Shown here in pieces: positions 38,301-51,617 of a stretch of DNA of 64,000 bases; positions within the stretch are counted from its first letter, which is position 1; each line of letters starts with the position of its first letter. The translations under genes and the position numbers were made by a program. The stretch comes from Leptogorgia sarmentosa. Taxonomy: Eukaryota. The stretch lies in contig OZ210885.1 of NCBI GenBank assembly GCA_964658305.1, forward strand, positions 18,786,001 through 18,850,000, read 5' to 3'. A model generated the notes under the pieces. That model saw only the letters and a list, made by a program, of their open reading frames with translations, was not told where the DNA came from and did no database searches.

Positions 38301-41300
38301 CTCTGAGCCTCTTCTACGGTATTCACGGAATCGCAAATGTCGTCCATATACACATTATTCCTTAGTACTTCTGCTGCATCTGGGTGTTCACGCTTGTTTT
38401 CTTGGGCGGTCTTCCGAAGCGCGATCTGCGCCATAGCGGGTGCAGGCTTGTCCCCAAATGTGAGTACCGTCTTCACATAGGTTTCAGGCTCTCTGCTTGT
38501 TTCGAGGTTTCTCCATAGAAAGCGATGAACATGCTGATCCTTTTCTGGTATTAATATGCGATGGTACATCTTAGAGATATCTCCGACTACTGCAACTTCT
38601 CTTTCTCTAAACCGTAGTAGAACTCCGAACATACCGTTGAGGAGATCGGGTCCCTTTCGCCAATAGTCGTTTAGAACGTGGCCTTTATAATTTGCTGAGG
38701 AGTTAAATACAATCCGAACCGGGGTACTTTTCTTTTCGGGTCTGACAACGGCGTGGTGTGGTATGTAATGAACTGGGCCTTTGTATTCGTTTTCTTCCTT
38801 CTTTGAAAGCTTTCTAGAAAACTTCATTTCTTCCATTTCATTCATTTGTTTGCAGTAGGCTTCTCCTTGCTCGGGATTCTTCTTTAGCCGTCTTTCCGCC
38901 GACTCTAAACGCCGTATCGCTAATTCTTTGTTGTCTGGCAGTGAACTAGGGTCCTGGTTCCATGGATAAGGCACCATCCACTGTTTTCCAACCTTCACAC
39001 AGGAATCCTCAATCATTTTCGCTTCTTCTCTTTCAGTATGCGTCAACTTATCTGCGTCACAGGCACATAGTTTTACCTCAACACCCATAGCCTCGGTGCT
39101 CCAGAAATCCGTCAGATCGACTGGCATTGCATATTTGATGTGCAGTATCACTCGTTGATCGCTTCCAGAGTTTCCTCCAAAAACGATCCATCCAAGCGGT
39201 GATTTTCTAACTAGCAGATTTTCGACTTGCTTCGTCTTGCCGGTGTGCATCTGAGCATGGTCCACTCCAATTAAAATAATTCATCACTAATATTGGGAAT
39301 TCCGATGGCTTTAATCATAAACTTCTTGTTATCATCGATGGAGATTACTTCGACTTTGTACGCTTTCGTTTTCACCGTCTCTTCTTGCCCTCCTACTTTT
39401 GTGATAGTCAGATGTATTTTTGCCGTTTAATCCCAGAGCGTTAGCGGTTTCCTGCCTTATCAAACTGATCTGTGCTCCAGAATCTAACAACACATTTCCT
39501 CGTTTGAACAAACCGTCTTTGCTTCCGATATTCGCAGAGATAACTGGCAATACCACTTCGTTGATCTGGGTTGTCATGGCTACTCCAACTTTCAAACTAT
39601 TACTCTTGTGCAGCAGCGGGTGATGGTGGTGTGGACATCGTATTTCATTTTCAGTTTTCGCACATTGTTGTTTTCGGGTACAATTATCCATGCGATGGTT
39701 CCTTCCAGCTCTTTTCAAACAACTAAAGCAGACGTGATTGTTTTTAGCAAGCTTAATGCGCTCATCGACACTCCGTTCTGCTAGCTTTTCACATTGGTCG
39801 GGCCAGTGGGTGGAGCTCTTGCAGAGCCAACACTTGTGTTTTAATTTTTCAATTTTTTCTTCTCCGGTTGCTACATAGTTAACGGTTACGCTACGTCGAC
39901 TGCTTGTTGTCCTGATTGGGGCTGTGGCGCGCATTCTTGTTTTCATTTCGACTGTCATCCAGGACAGTAGAGCGTTTAAGGTTGCCGGTTTCTTCTCCCT
40001 TTCAATCTCTCGAGCCCAGACTTTTCGGTCATCGGCGCACATTTTCTGTTCTATTATGGACAACATGTGGCTATTGTCCATATCGCTTGGCAACCCGACT
40101 TCCTTTAATGTATTATAACACCGATTCACTAGGTGTACCAGCTCACAAAATCTCGCATCCTCCCCCTCCTGCAAGGCTTTAAACTTTGAAATATCTTGGA
40201 TCATAGCATCTGATACGAACCGGGGGTCTCCATAAATGGAATCTAAATACTGCCACGCGGCGTCATAATCCGTTCCAATACCTCTTATGAGCTCAAGAGG
40301 CTTACCCTGTAAGCAGGTGCGAAGCAGCGTGATGGCGCCTCTTTTGGAATGTTGCGATTCGACTGCATATTTAAAATCCGAACGGAAAATCGCGTAATCT
40401 CTCACATCGCCTGCAAATTCGGGCAGTTTTGGCTTTTGTAGTCTAAATACGCTCCTGTTATTTTGCGCTGCGCCACTAGATGCCTGTTCCATGTTGTCAT
40501 CGCTTGGCGTGCTGGTGTTTTGGCTAACAGCGTTACTCGTGACGTTATGGTAGGGCCGACCATTTGCGCTCTGGTCATTGTCAGCTGGGTTAGCGTGATC
40601 ATCTGACGTTTCACTTATTAGATTTGGTTGCGTGCTGGTCGTGCTTGTCATGCCATTGTCTGAGCTTTCAGGGTTGTGCATATTTGGAATTCCTGCGGTA
40701 CTGGTTGACTCAGGTCTTAAATCGTCTTCTCCTTCAGTCGCTTCCTCAACATTACTTTCTCCGTTCGAAACTGTTTGCTCTTCACTACTAATAAACATTC
40801 TTGCATTCACATCTAACTTCAGGAATGTCTCTTGGCATTCTTCTACCCATCGTTCTTCTAACTCGTACTGCTCATTGTCGCCTATAAGCTCAGCATACTC
40901 CTCATGCTTACACACTAAGCTCTCATACGTCGTTTTATATTTACTTAATGCTTCTCTTACCTCTTCAAGAGGTCTCTTGCTGTCCACAGCATGTACTAGT
41001 GCTTTTCCTGCTCTGGTGAATGCGGATTTTGCTGTTCGTCTGGCGGTTTTGGTCCTTTTTTGTGCTTCTTCTTCCATCGCGTTTCCTTTAGTTGATATTT
41101 ACTTGCACATATCGATCAAGAAATCGAATGTATGATGCATTGTAAACGCTACTTAAAATCTGCGACAGCCACAAACCGTATAATAATGATGATTTAATGA
41201 TAATTAATATTCGATCTAAAATACAATACAATAATTTCGTAAGGTTAAATTTGATATGTCAATGCTTCTTACCATACAACTTAATTACTTAGAATGTCCA

Positions 41301-41570
41301 ATAGATTTCACTTACTTCTGTGGCAGGTCGTATACAAAACAGATAAAACTGGTGAGCAGATCACTTGTTAGCTCTAAGCAAATCCTGGTTAGCAAACGGT
41401 CCTTTTGACATGAACTAAAATTACTGAATGAGTCTCTACCTAAGGCATGCAGGTCTCTTACTTGTAATTTTATATTGCTTGATTTCTTAATCCCTATAAT
41501 CATTAACCAATCAGACGTTCTTAATCATAAAATATTCCCTAACGTTAAACGTTAATAACAAAACGAAACA
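35313..41570 (-). mobile_element. BEL/Pao LTR retrotransposon D
   Basis: TG..CA LTRs at 35313-35741 and 41133-41570; 5-bp TSD AACGC (35308-35312 / 41571-41575). Confidence 0.95.
35794..41077 (-). pseudogene. BEL-D gag-pol, disrupted by frameshifts and a stop
   Basis: Zn knuckles, LLDSGA, YMDD, FADAS, CDYFGP and SDNG motifs across ORFs 39332-41077, 37889-39265, 37529-37879 and 35794-37743. Confidence 0.93.
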
Positions 41571-41985
41571 AACGCGTTAGCAAAAAATGTAGGGAACAAC
41601 ATCAAAATAACGTACAATTCAGTGACAACAAAAACGCAGTTAAAATAAAACCAAAGTACGGTTTTTCCACCTCTTCACTGATATCCGTAATGCTAGGTTT
41701 TGGAGGAGAGGAAGTAATGTTGAACAAAACCACTGATTGTGACATTGTTCGGCCTCAGGTGGTGGGAGACACAAGTGCTCAATTGCTCAAGACCATTCTG
41801 GTGAAAGGAAAGTTTGGCGATAACATTGCTGAAACATTTACGAATATACAGTACATGCCTGCTCAGACAAAATCATTTGAAACTGTGGAAATACTTTTAA
41901 GGACCGATACGGGTGATCCCGTGTCATTTGAACGTGGCAAGGTGGTGGTGACACTTCACTTTAAAAAGCAAGCTTATTTCACATA

Positions 41986-42487
41986 ATGCATAGTAATTCT
42001 TACGTATCGTATTACCAGACTCAGCAGCAAGGGCACGGTATGCCTGTATTTCGAGGTAGCTTATGGCAAATGGGTTACAGACTCGGCAATTTGTTTCGTA
42101 GCATTGCCAAAGTCGCCATGCCTATGTTAAAGCGAGGAGGAAAAGCTCTTGGAAAAGTAGTGGCAACAACCGGTGCAGATCTTCTCGGAGACATTGCATC
42201 TGGAAAGAATGTTAAAGAAGCCGCAAAAGCAAGAGGTTTACAGGCCCTTAGTACCGCAAAAGGCAAAGCAATGGAACAAATGCATGCAAACAAACAAACT
42301 GGAAGCGGAACACGTCGTAAACAAACAAGAAGCACAAGCGCTAAGCGACCCAAAAGTGCTAAAGGGCCAAAAAGCACAGATAAATGATCCAGAAGCGAAA
42401 CACGCACAGTTAAAAAGAGAAAACCATCCACATCAAGAGCCAGAAGCAAACAGACCAAGAAACGAAAAACATCTCCTCAAGATATAG
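41986..42487 (+). pseudogene. Maverick putative core/maturation protein (basic, QxGxG motifs)
   Basis: YYxxQQQGHG..LGNLFRS..QTGSG followed by a basic tail; lies between the minor and major capsid genes; premature stop at 42385. Confidence 0.65.
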
Positions 42488-42498
42488 TTGGTTAAAAA

Positions 42499-42988
42499 AT
42501 GAATTTCGTACATTCAAAATCGCAAGAGTGTAGCAAAAGTGAGCTTGATTTGATTTCGGTACCACCAACACAAACAAGTTTGGAAAAGGGGGCACTGGGT
42601 AGAATATCAACCAGTATCCAGTGTTGCAGATGCAGGCCCAATCACTTTTTTAATTCCTGGCAATGAAGATTATGTGGACTTGTCAAAGACAATTTTGGTG
42701 GTACGAGCAAAAGTAACAAAAGCAAACGGAACCAATCTTGATCGAAACGAAGAAGTAGGAATCGTCAATAATTTCCTACATAGTCTATTCAAACAAGTTG
42801 ATGTATTTCTGAAAGAAAAGCAGGTGACGCAAGCAGCAAGCACCTATGCGTATCGTGCGTATTTGGAAACCCTTCTCAACTATGGGAAGTTGCCGTAAGC
42901 GTGGTATGTTACGGAGAATTTGAAAATACCATTTTCACGACACCACATCGACTCGGAGAGAAACGTGATCTATGATTACTCAGGATGA
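42499..42988 (+). pseudogene. Maverick major capsid protein with a large internal deletion
   Basis: KSELDL..PPTQTS, VNNFLHSLF.QVDV and YAYRAYLETLLNYG, then a direct jump to the C-terminal VVCYGEFEN. Confidence 0.88.
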
Positions 42989-43487
42989 ACACTTTTGAAA
43001 TAAAACATGCTTTAGAACAAGATCCTATTGCACGCAAAATGTTTTGCGGAGTATTTCCCAGCAATAAAATACCGCAAACGCTGGAAAAATATCCTTGTGG
43101 ATTTGTTGCCAATACAGACCCAAGCAGTAAACCCGGAACACATTGGGTAGCCTTTTACTTTCCATCAGAGAGGGAAGGAGAATTTTTTGACAGCTATGGC
43201 CATCCACCGGATTATTACATAGAATTTAAAAACTTTTTAAAAAACATTCTCAGGAATGGAACTATAACAAGCGCAAGTTACAGGGAAACTGGTCCGATGT
43301 TTGTGGACAATATAGTATATTTTATCTTAGTCATAGAGCACAAGGTGTTAGCATGAAAAAAATCGTGCAGATGTTTAGTAATGATTCCGAATTAAATGAT
43401 AAAAAAGTGTTTCGTTTTGTTCAAGCTCACTTTACATTTAAACAGCCAACTAGTGGCCTTAATCAATGTTGGAAAAGATTGTTGTAA
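42985..43487 (+). pseudogene. Adenain-like cysteine protease (virion maturation)
   Basis: GVFP, NTDPSSKPGTHW, FFDSYG and, after a frameshift, LQ..SDVCGQY. Confidence 0.9.
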
Positions 43488-43602
43488 ACTTATTGCATTA
43501 ATTATTTGAAAGAAAAACAATGTGTGGGGTTTTATCTTAAAACAAAAAACGGCAACAACAAATATTTTCAAATCATTTATTCATATAACAAAGTAACAAA
43601 AA

Positions 43603-44230
43603 TTAATAGTTTATCCACTGTTCTTGTACGCGTCTTTCTTCTCCTGGTTGAAACAAGCTTGTGGAAGGTGGACTACCAAAGCCCCCAGTTCGTGGACTGC
43701 CAAAACCTCCAGTTTGTAGACTGCCAAAACCTCCAGTTCGTGAGGGTCTACCGAAACCTCCCGATCGCAGCGGTTGGGTAGAATTCGTTTCGCCCACTTG
43801 TTTCCATTGGTCGTCATTTCTAACAAGATCTTTGGGCACATTTAATTTGGATAATGCCTGAAAGAATACTCTCGAACCCACTGGATCAAAAATTTTTCTT
43901 GATCTCATGGCATCACTAACCAAATCCGTTATGTTAGAATTTGGAATAGTCTCCCCTTCAATGTTCACTTGCCCTGTATCGTCCCACATAATCATATCAG
44001 GTCTCGCTAATGTGGTAATGCCCAACGAATCGCGAGGGTTTCGAAATATCACCATGTAGTGGGAATTCAAACTGATTGTGCGGGATAATTTGCCAGGTGG
44101 AAATAAGTTTTGTGTCAAATACAACACAGATATTTCACGATGATGCGAACCATGCGTAAACAAGTCTGAAACGCGAGAGTCGTTACAGCACTGAGACATC
44201 AAATCGCCCAGTACAAGTAAAGAGTTGACA
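43603..44230 (-). pseudogene. Deletion chimera: A32-like packaging ATPase fragment joined to the C-terminus of another conserved Maverick ORF (PZ-like)
   Basis: DLM..LFTHGSHH..LTQNLF..RTISLNSHY..NPRD fused near 44001 to W.DTG..IPNSNITDL. Confidence 0.75.
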
Positions 44231-44237
44231 TGACTTT

Positions 44238-45080
44238 ATCCGTGATTTTTGCAAGGAGAAACGGCTCGTATTTACTTGAATTATATATCAATAGAAAGCA
44301 CATAGTTCGTAGATTACAAATATGTCATTTTTAGCCTGGCACAAATTCGTTGCTCAATTTATAAATAGACACTAAATACCAATAAACGCCTGCCGCAGAT
44401 TATAAAGTTAGTTAAGTAACCCAAAAAACATCCATTTTCCAGTTAGATAAACGCCTCTTACACACCTCAAAAAAATATCAGTAGAAGGCACACACTACAC
44501 AGCTTGAGAATATATCAAATTTGAATGACACAAATCCACCGCTGCCTTCCACAGCTCAAGAAACGAAAGGTGTGAGGCTACCACAGGATTCGAAGCTGCA
44601 TTCTGCCATCACTTGCAGCTAACATGAACACTTGCACCTCACATATTGTCTGAAAACAAGATCCAAGATCGCACCGACAAACGGCCCGTATTTACTTGAA
44701 TAACATATCACTAGAAAGCACGTAGTCCGTAGATTACAAATGCCATTTTTAGCCTGGCACAAATTCCTAGACACAATCTAAGAAGCGAAACGCGATTATA
44801 ACTGCTCGCGCCAATAATTATCACTTGATTAATTTTGCAAGGAGAAACGGCTCATATTTACTTGAATTATATATCAATAGAAATCACATAGTCCGTAGAT
44901 TACAAATATGTCATTTTTAGCCTGGCACAAATTCGTTGCTGAATTTATAAAAAGACACTAAATAGCAATAAACGCCTGCAGCAGATTATAAAAAACATCA
45001 CTCCATAGTTAAGACTGTTAAGTAACCCCAAAACACATCCATTTTCCAGCTAGATAAATACATACCAATACATCTCAAAA
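44238..45080 (+). repeat. Modular dispersed repeat, an inverted homolog of 60340-61180; probably a Crypton-related non-coding segment
   Basis: Three modules ending in TTTAGCCTGGCACAAATTC; ~700 bp colinear with the reverse complement of ~60415-61180. Confidence 0.85.
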
Positions 45081-45409
45081 AAAATATAGATAGTATGTAA
45101 TTGAATTACTATTAGTCTTTATAGCAATATACGTGGATGACGCCTGTATGGCCGCATTATATATTTCGTTGGAAAAAAATTTGAAAATATTGCAATTTTC
45201 AGAAAATTAGAAAAAAAAAATTTTTCACGGCGGAAACATCGTGATGACGTCAAGTTCGAACTGTGTTATCAATCTATGCCGCTATTTCATATGTGTCTTT
45301 TGAGGCTGGCCGTTGAGCAATTAACGGTTTGAATTTTTCGCCCACAAAAAATTATTACTGAAAATATTTCTTTAGTTGTTTTATTATTTGAACGTTTCTA
45401 TATTCCATT

Positions 45410-48400
45410 ATGGAACGAAGTGTAGGGAGACGTTTGAAGTTAGCTTTTAATGTTGAAGAGGTTTCGGCTGCTATGACTAGAATATACGGTGATCCAAATG
45501 AGTCATGGAGAACAGTGAATGGGTTTTGGGGAAAGGTTGCACTCGAACTTGGTTTGAAGAACAAGATTCTTGTTAGAAAAAATTTAAATATGTGGTGGGT
45601 TCAGGACAGGAGAGGTGTCAGAAGTGAATGTGCGAAGATGGTGATGAAGAATGATGACGGAACAAGAGAAAAGGCCATCTCACACATAAGTTATACTCAA
45701 TAATCTATTATATATGCAGTACTAGTGGAATCTCGTAATTCTCGTTACTGTAATGACCACTGCTGGGCCGGAATATCGTATAATATTGAATATTAAACTA
45801 TAGCATTATATCTATTCTTAAATTTAAGTATTTAACGTTCAGTAACTAAATGCGAAAATTAATATTATATTTTTCTATCGCGATCAAAGCAGCCGTTAAA
45901 GTTTTTGAATTCTGAAAAAGCGCTGTGATTGGTGGAAATTCAAAATGCCCAATACTTAAACAAAGAAGTCGCAAAGGAAGATCTTTTGTAAACTTCATCC
46001 AATATGGTGGTGATGATGTAATTGTACACCAAGAATACGACAAATCTCCTCTCAATTGAAAAAAATCGAATAAACCGAATTAAAACTGTCAGGTTTTCGT
46101 CGTTTTCACATTTAAAAAAAAGAGTATAAAATACCGCACAAATTCAAGCTGAATGAACTATTTGCAATAGTGCGTGAGACCCATATGCAAAAAGCCAACA
46201 GCAACTACAACAGCGATTCATATTTATCCAGTTGCACAGGATAGGGGTTGTGGGGCTACACAGCTTCACAAAATCGCAGAAAATCATACAACATTTTATG
46301 CAACCTCGTTCCCAGGGCTTTTGGGTTATGAGTGAGCTCTAGGAAAGTTGGAGCTAACCCCTAACCCTAAAGCCCTGGAAACGAGGTTGCATTTCATTCT
46401 GTGTTTAATCGTTTTCGCTGAATGAAATTGCACTATTATACCACAAGACCACAGCCCATGAAAGCATTTAAATCGATGTGTGCCTGACGTTACTCTTTTC
46501 AAAATCGACTCTAGCTGTGAGATCAAAATACATGGCAATGCATATTTGACATTGATTGCGCCCAAAAGATCATCAAATATCAAATATAATTATGTAAATC
46601 GCTAATTACTTCCTGTTATTTTTGCTTATACATCTCACACACGCTTGTAAATAGTTATCTGTTTTGGGGGAAGGGTGGCATTAGAAATTCGTCTATGTAG
46701 AACAGCCTTTATAAGGCCTTCTTTGCTGTTGCAACAAAAAGTCTTGGTATTATTGATGTAGACAGTTAGTTCAACAGATATTATTGAATGTGGTTCTGAT
46801 AATTATTGTGAAGAAAACAGTACATACTCTGAATCTGAAAATGATGAAGATGAGCAGCTAGGTTTTGAGAAGTTAGAGATGAAGCCAAAGGATGTCGATA
46901 GTGACAGTCATAGCTATAGTAGCATGATAAGCGAAGAATTTCCTTTGTATCAAAATACAACGTTTGTTCAAGAGGGAGATACCGGTAATAGTGATGTAGA
47001 CAAATTCGTAGGTACAAATTTCTGTGAGGTTGGCACTTGCTATGGTGTCGGAGAAAGTTCAAATTACAACAAAATCAATAACTTAATGCCGAATATCAAT
47101 AACAATTACCAATACTGTTTCTATCAGTAACGAAGAAAAGCAATTACCAAATTCCTTAGAAACTGGAAATAATCCAGGCGAAAAAAAAGGCGATAAGAAC
47201 AGAGTTCCGAAACGACGGAGATTCATACCAAAAGTATTTACTCGAGAAAGCAATAACGAAGCAGTGTGGTGCTTGTGTCAAAGAAAAGACTTTGGTTTTT
47301 ACATCGTTTGTGATCTGAGAAAACCGGGATGTTTGGAATTTAACCATCCAGATTGCGTAGGTTTAGGTAATTTGAAATCAACGAACGATTGTAAAAAATA
47401 CAGTAACTGCTCGGATGGAAAGTCTTACATTTGTCCCCTCTGTGCTGGTAAGGTTACTCGTGAACAATGGTACGATACAAAAGATATATTGTCAATTTCA
47501 AGAACCGAGCATGAAGTATATGACGTTGTTATGAGAGAGGCGAGATAGTCTTAAAATTGTAGGTAATATGAATTATAGTCATGAAAATTCATCATCGATT
47601 GGGAGCGTTGGAGAAACGAGCATAATGGATGATGATTTTGAAAACGATTTATCCAATAAAAAAGCTCCTAATGTAGCCGAAAATGGATTGGGCAATGAAT
47701 TGAAGCAAAACTACGATTTCCTGATCAACCATTTCCCTACTCACGATAGTTCTGAAAGTTCATCAAAGAGTGTTGCAAAAGGAAACATCTGTGATAACGA
47801 GTTCCATAGCGATTCATTTGACAATAACTCTATCATCAGGGGCCATGATGTGGGAAGTGATAGCGAGGTGATGGAAAACATGGAGGGTTTGTCTTGCGAT
47901 TTTGAAACTGAAAGCTTGGATGACTGCTCTGATGTTACGTCCAGCAATAGTGATACAACGAGTCATAGCATGTCTGTGCCACATGAAGTTTTGCGAAGTA
48001 TGATGGATTGTCCGACCTTACCGACTGAAAATACATTTTTCTTAGCTTCCCTTCCTCCTTCAGCTTGCTTTTGTTTAACTAAAGAAGAGTGGAGCAGAAT
48101 ACGACCTACAATTAAAAAACCAAATACCTTGAGATGTCCTTGGACTGATATAATGGCGCGGTATATGAAGAAATCTAATGACTATTGCACTTTTCATTTT
48201 AGACACTACATGGCTAAAGAGAATTCTCGAAAACGTAACATTCCTGTAGTATTGAAATACTGAAATTATAGATGGCTTTATTCACACTATCTCTTTTTGT
48301 CCACTTTGGGTCTATATGTGGAATGAAGATCAGGTGTGCTTGTGGCATCATTTATGCGCTAAACGTGACAGGAACAATTGTAGGATATTTTATGGGGAAA

Positions 48401-51114
48401 AGGGTATTGTATTATGCAATTGTTGTACGACATCCCAAAGAAACTAATCCACCAATGCCGGTAGCTGAAATGGTGACAAATGACCACAGTGCACCACATA
48501 TTTGTGCATTTGTAGAGCGATTTAGAAGAGATGAATGTAGAATATTTAAAGGAAAACCACAAAGTCCCCGTCAAATGAATACAGATTATTCCAAAGCAAT
48601 AATATTAGCTGCGTTGAGGGAATTTAACGGCGAATCTCTCGATCAGTTTTTGAGTAGAGTTTTTAAAATATTGAATAAGAAGGCTTCCACCGAAGACTTG
48701 CAATTTATGGTGCTGCATGTTGGATGTAGTCATTTTATGAGCATCATGCATAGAAGGTTAAAAGCTCTTCTACGGTCAAGTAAGAAGCCAAGTTCTGATA
48801 GGAATGCAAACTATGACCAAAATGACGTTTGGTATCGCTTTAACATGTACTGCGTGTCGTTGTTGGTTAACGTAAGGACACTAGATGAATTTGATTGAAT
48901 TCTTGAAGATGTCGCAACATGTTTATTGAACGAACGGCAGAACAACGACATGTTGGAATCGTTTAGTAAATTACGACAGATGATCCATCGTATGGAAGAA
49001 AGAGGCGAGGTTTTTGAAGCTGAAGAAACTAACTTAGATCATGAGGATGATGAAAAGGAAGTCGACGGTAAGAAGTCACGAGTTGATATACATCGTAATC
49101 CGTTCCAGAATCACTATGCTAAATTAATTGCAACCTTTAAAAAACGCGTCAGACAATAACAAAAATGAGATGAGAGATGAGTGACGGTTACAAGCCTAAT
49201 CGAAGCTTCTGTCCACAGTTTTTTGCTATTATAGAATCTTACTTACCCGAGATGCCTTTGTGGTCTGGCGTTCTTCTGGGCTCATTAGATCGATATATTG
49301 ACGGAAGCTTAGCAGAATACGACAATTTGGATGATTACCCGTACTTGTCATTCAAATCTGCAAACGCTAGGACTGAAGGCTATATTGAAGGCATGATGCG
49401 AAATTTGGAGCAAGAGGATTTTCCTGGACGAAGACGGATAAGAGTGGATGCATTTGTGCTTGAAAACTATCCAAGGATTAGACAAAGGCTGAACGATTTT
49501 TCCGACAGGGTTGTTAGTAGGAAAACAAAGAAGCAAAAAAATCGTGCCAACAAATCGAAAAAAGATAAAAGAAGTTCAGAGAATGTCGAAATTCCCTGAC
49601 AATAATTTGGACGCCAGCGATCGAGAAGCTACACAAGGTGATACCGTGACAGAAGTTTGCAGTGACACAGGTCCACTTGAAGATGTCCACACCAGCAATG
49701 AGTCATTTGCATCTAGAAGCAAAGATGTTAAACCCAGTTGCAAAGAATCTCTCAAACGCACTCGTACAGAAGATAATGCTCTTTCGATGGCGCTAAAAAT
49801 CATACCAAAGAAACAAGTGTTGACGTTGATGGATATTCAAATGCACAGGAAACATGGGGAAAGAAAAATCCAGCTGCCCCGAAACGAAATCCCAAGTTAG
49901 GTCAATTTCAACCGTCTCCATCGGTTCTGCTCGGCCAAACACCTGACACGAAGAAGAAAAAGAAAAGTGGACATTCATCGGCGTTTTTCGAATTTCTGCA
50001 TAAGGGTGAGAAAAATAATAGGTCGAAAGGAAGACGCAAATACCTTACTTGGCAAAAGAGGCTGGTGAAATATGGCACAATCTGCCGATGGAAGATAAAA
50101 GAAAATTCCAGGGTAAGACAAATAAGAATGACGTGTTGAAACGAAAGAGAACTCCGCGATCATGTAGCGGTGAAGAAAATAAAAGTAAGCAAAGAAATGC
50201 AAGTAAACCTATAATGACACAGATGTGAATGACTTTATACCAAATGTTGGTAACGTTACAAGGGGTTTAACGAATAAAGGTAACGACTGTTGGCTGAATA
50301 GTCTGGTTCAGTGTATACATGCGTTAAATATTGTGTTACCTGAATGCCAGAGTTGTGCTCCAGACTCGGTACAATTTGCATTAAAGTCAACTTTCAAGAA
50401 ATTAAATAGGGGTACTAAAAGTCCTTTTTATCCCCAAGAGCTTCATAATGTTTTTAGAAATAAGTTTGAATATGTTAAGGGACGACAGCAAGACATACAT
50501 GAGAGTTACACAAATTTGTTATCCGATGACACAGACACAGACGTAACAGTGCAATTCACAGGTGTAATGCTTTCGATGCATTCAATTCAATTTTCATATC
50601 GTTAGACGAAGAAGTTACAGATATAGTTGAAAGCATTGAAGACAATCTTGTAGATTCTGTCGACTTATATTGTGACAAATGTGCGTCAAAAACGGCCCAT
50701 GTTTGAATTGCATTCTTTATTTCCATGCCTCAAACTATGACGATAGTTTTCAAACGATTTGTGAACAACGATAATCTTTGGCAGAAGAATGATACGAACG
50801 TTCAATTACCAACGCATTTCAATATTTCATGTACAAATACTATCCACGAATACAGATTATTCTCGTGTGCTCTTCATTATGGTTCACAATTAGAAAGTGG
50901 TCACTATAGCGCCGTTGTTTTCAAAGGCGATGAAGTGTATGAAATCAGTGACACCAACACAAAGGATATCTCGTTCTCTTGGCAAAATAATGTTGCACCA
51001 TATGTGTATTTGGCATTCTACAGTTTCGTTGAAAGGAAGACCGAAGATAAATCTGAAACTGTCAACAGCAATTCTCCTTGCTCAAACCAGGCTAATATTG
51101 ATTGTGTGAAGTGA
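45410..51114 (+). pseudogene. NOF/MULE-like DDE transposase region with PHD finger and downstream USP (C19) deubiquitinase domain
   Basis: PHD: WCLC..C..C..H..C..CPLC (47264-47450). Transposase-like: LNVTG, PVAEMVT.DH, TDYSKAII, CSHF, TEGYIE. USP: GLTNKGNDCWLNS, QQDIHE, KRF, HYGSQLESGHY. Many stops. Confidence 0.65.
46301..46389. mobile_element. AcademH-type MITE (89 bp)
   Basis: CAACCTCGTTCCCAGGGCTT / AAGCCCTGGAAACGAGGTTG termini; near-TSD CATTTTATG / CATTTCATT. Confidence 0.8.
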
Positions 51115-51333
51115 TTCATTTGAGTCGGAAACGAGCGAATTTGACGAGAAAGTTCCCATAATACCTAGTACTGTGGACTTGATGGAAAATCAATTTTACG
51201 ATCTGTGTGATGCCTCGATTCGAAATAAACGTATATGTACTCAAGGCAAACAGGGAGACGTAATAAGAATGAAGACAATTATTTGATTTGATTTATTTAC
51301 ATGTGATGTAACGAAGAACACAAGGTGAAAAAT

Positions 51334-51617
51334 CAGCCTCGTACCCAGGCGCTTTTTAGGGAAAATATTTAAAAAGAATCCAGACAAATATATAGTGAAC
51401 GCTTGCCAGTGCACTCTAATAGAACTCATCTGTATATCCGACTAATATTTACAAAAGGACTGGGTCTACATGCAAAATCAGAAAAAATTTGGCTTCAATT
51501 ACCCCCTCTCGGTTAGTGTTCCAGATCTTTCAGAGTTCAATGGCGCTAGCTCAATCACAACTGATCTGCATATATTTGTCTGGATAATAAGCTAAAATTC
51601 GCCTGGGTATGAGGCTG
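51334..51617. mobile_element. AcademH-type MITE (284 bp)
   Basis: CAGCCTCGTACCCAGGCG / CGCCTGGGTATGAGGCTG termini; 9-bp TSD GTGAAAAAT / GTGAAAAAC. Confidence 0.85.

Larger units (their letters stand above)
35053..41986 (+). pseudogene. Maverick minor capsid (penton) protein, split by BEL-D
   Basis: HFYLTLP..IELEGNWEVGL at the N-terminus; CDIVRPQVVGD..LLKT..VTLHFKK at the C-terminus; frame rejoins INNA-LAKNVG across D. Confidence 0.8.
24574..44235. mobile_element. Degenerate Maverick/Polinton, continuing left of the window beyond BEL-A; TIRs not seen
   Basis: Remnants of pPolB, integrase-chromo, minor capsid, core-like protein, major capsid, adenain and ATPase are clustered together. Confidence 0.92.

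Noticed and set aside
46354..46369. Telomere-like CTAACCC repeats
   Set aside because: Only two imperfect units inside a MITE, not a telomeric array.
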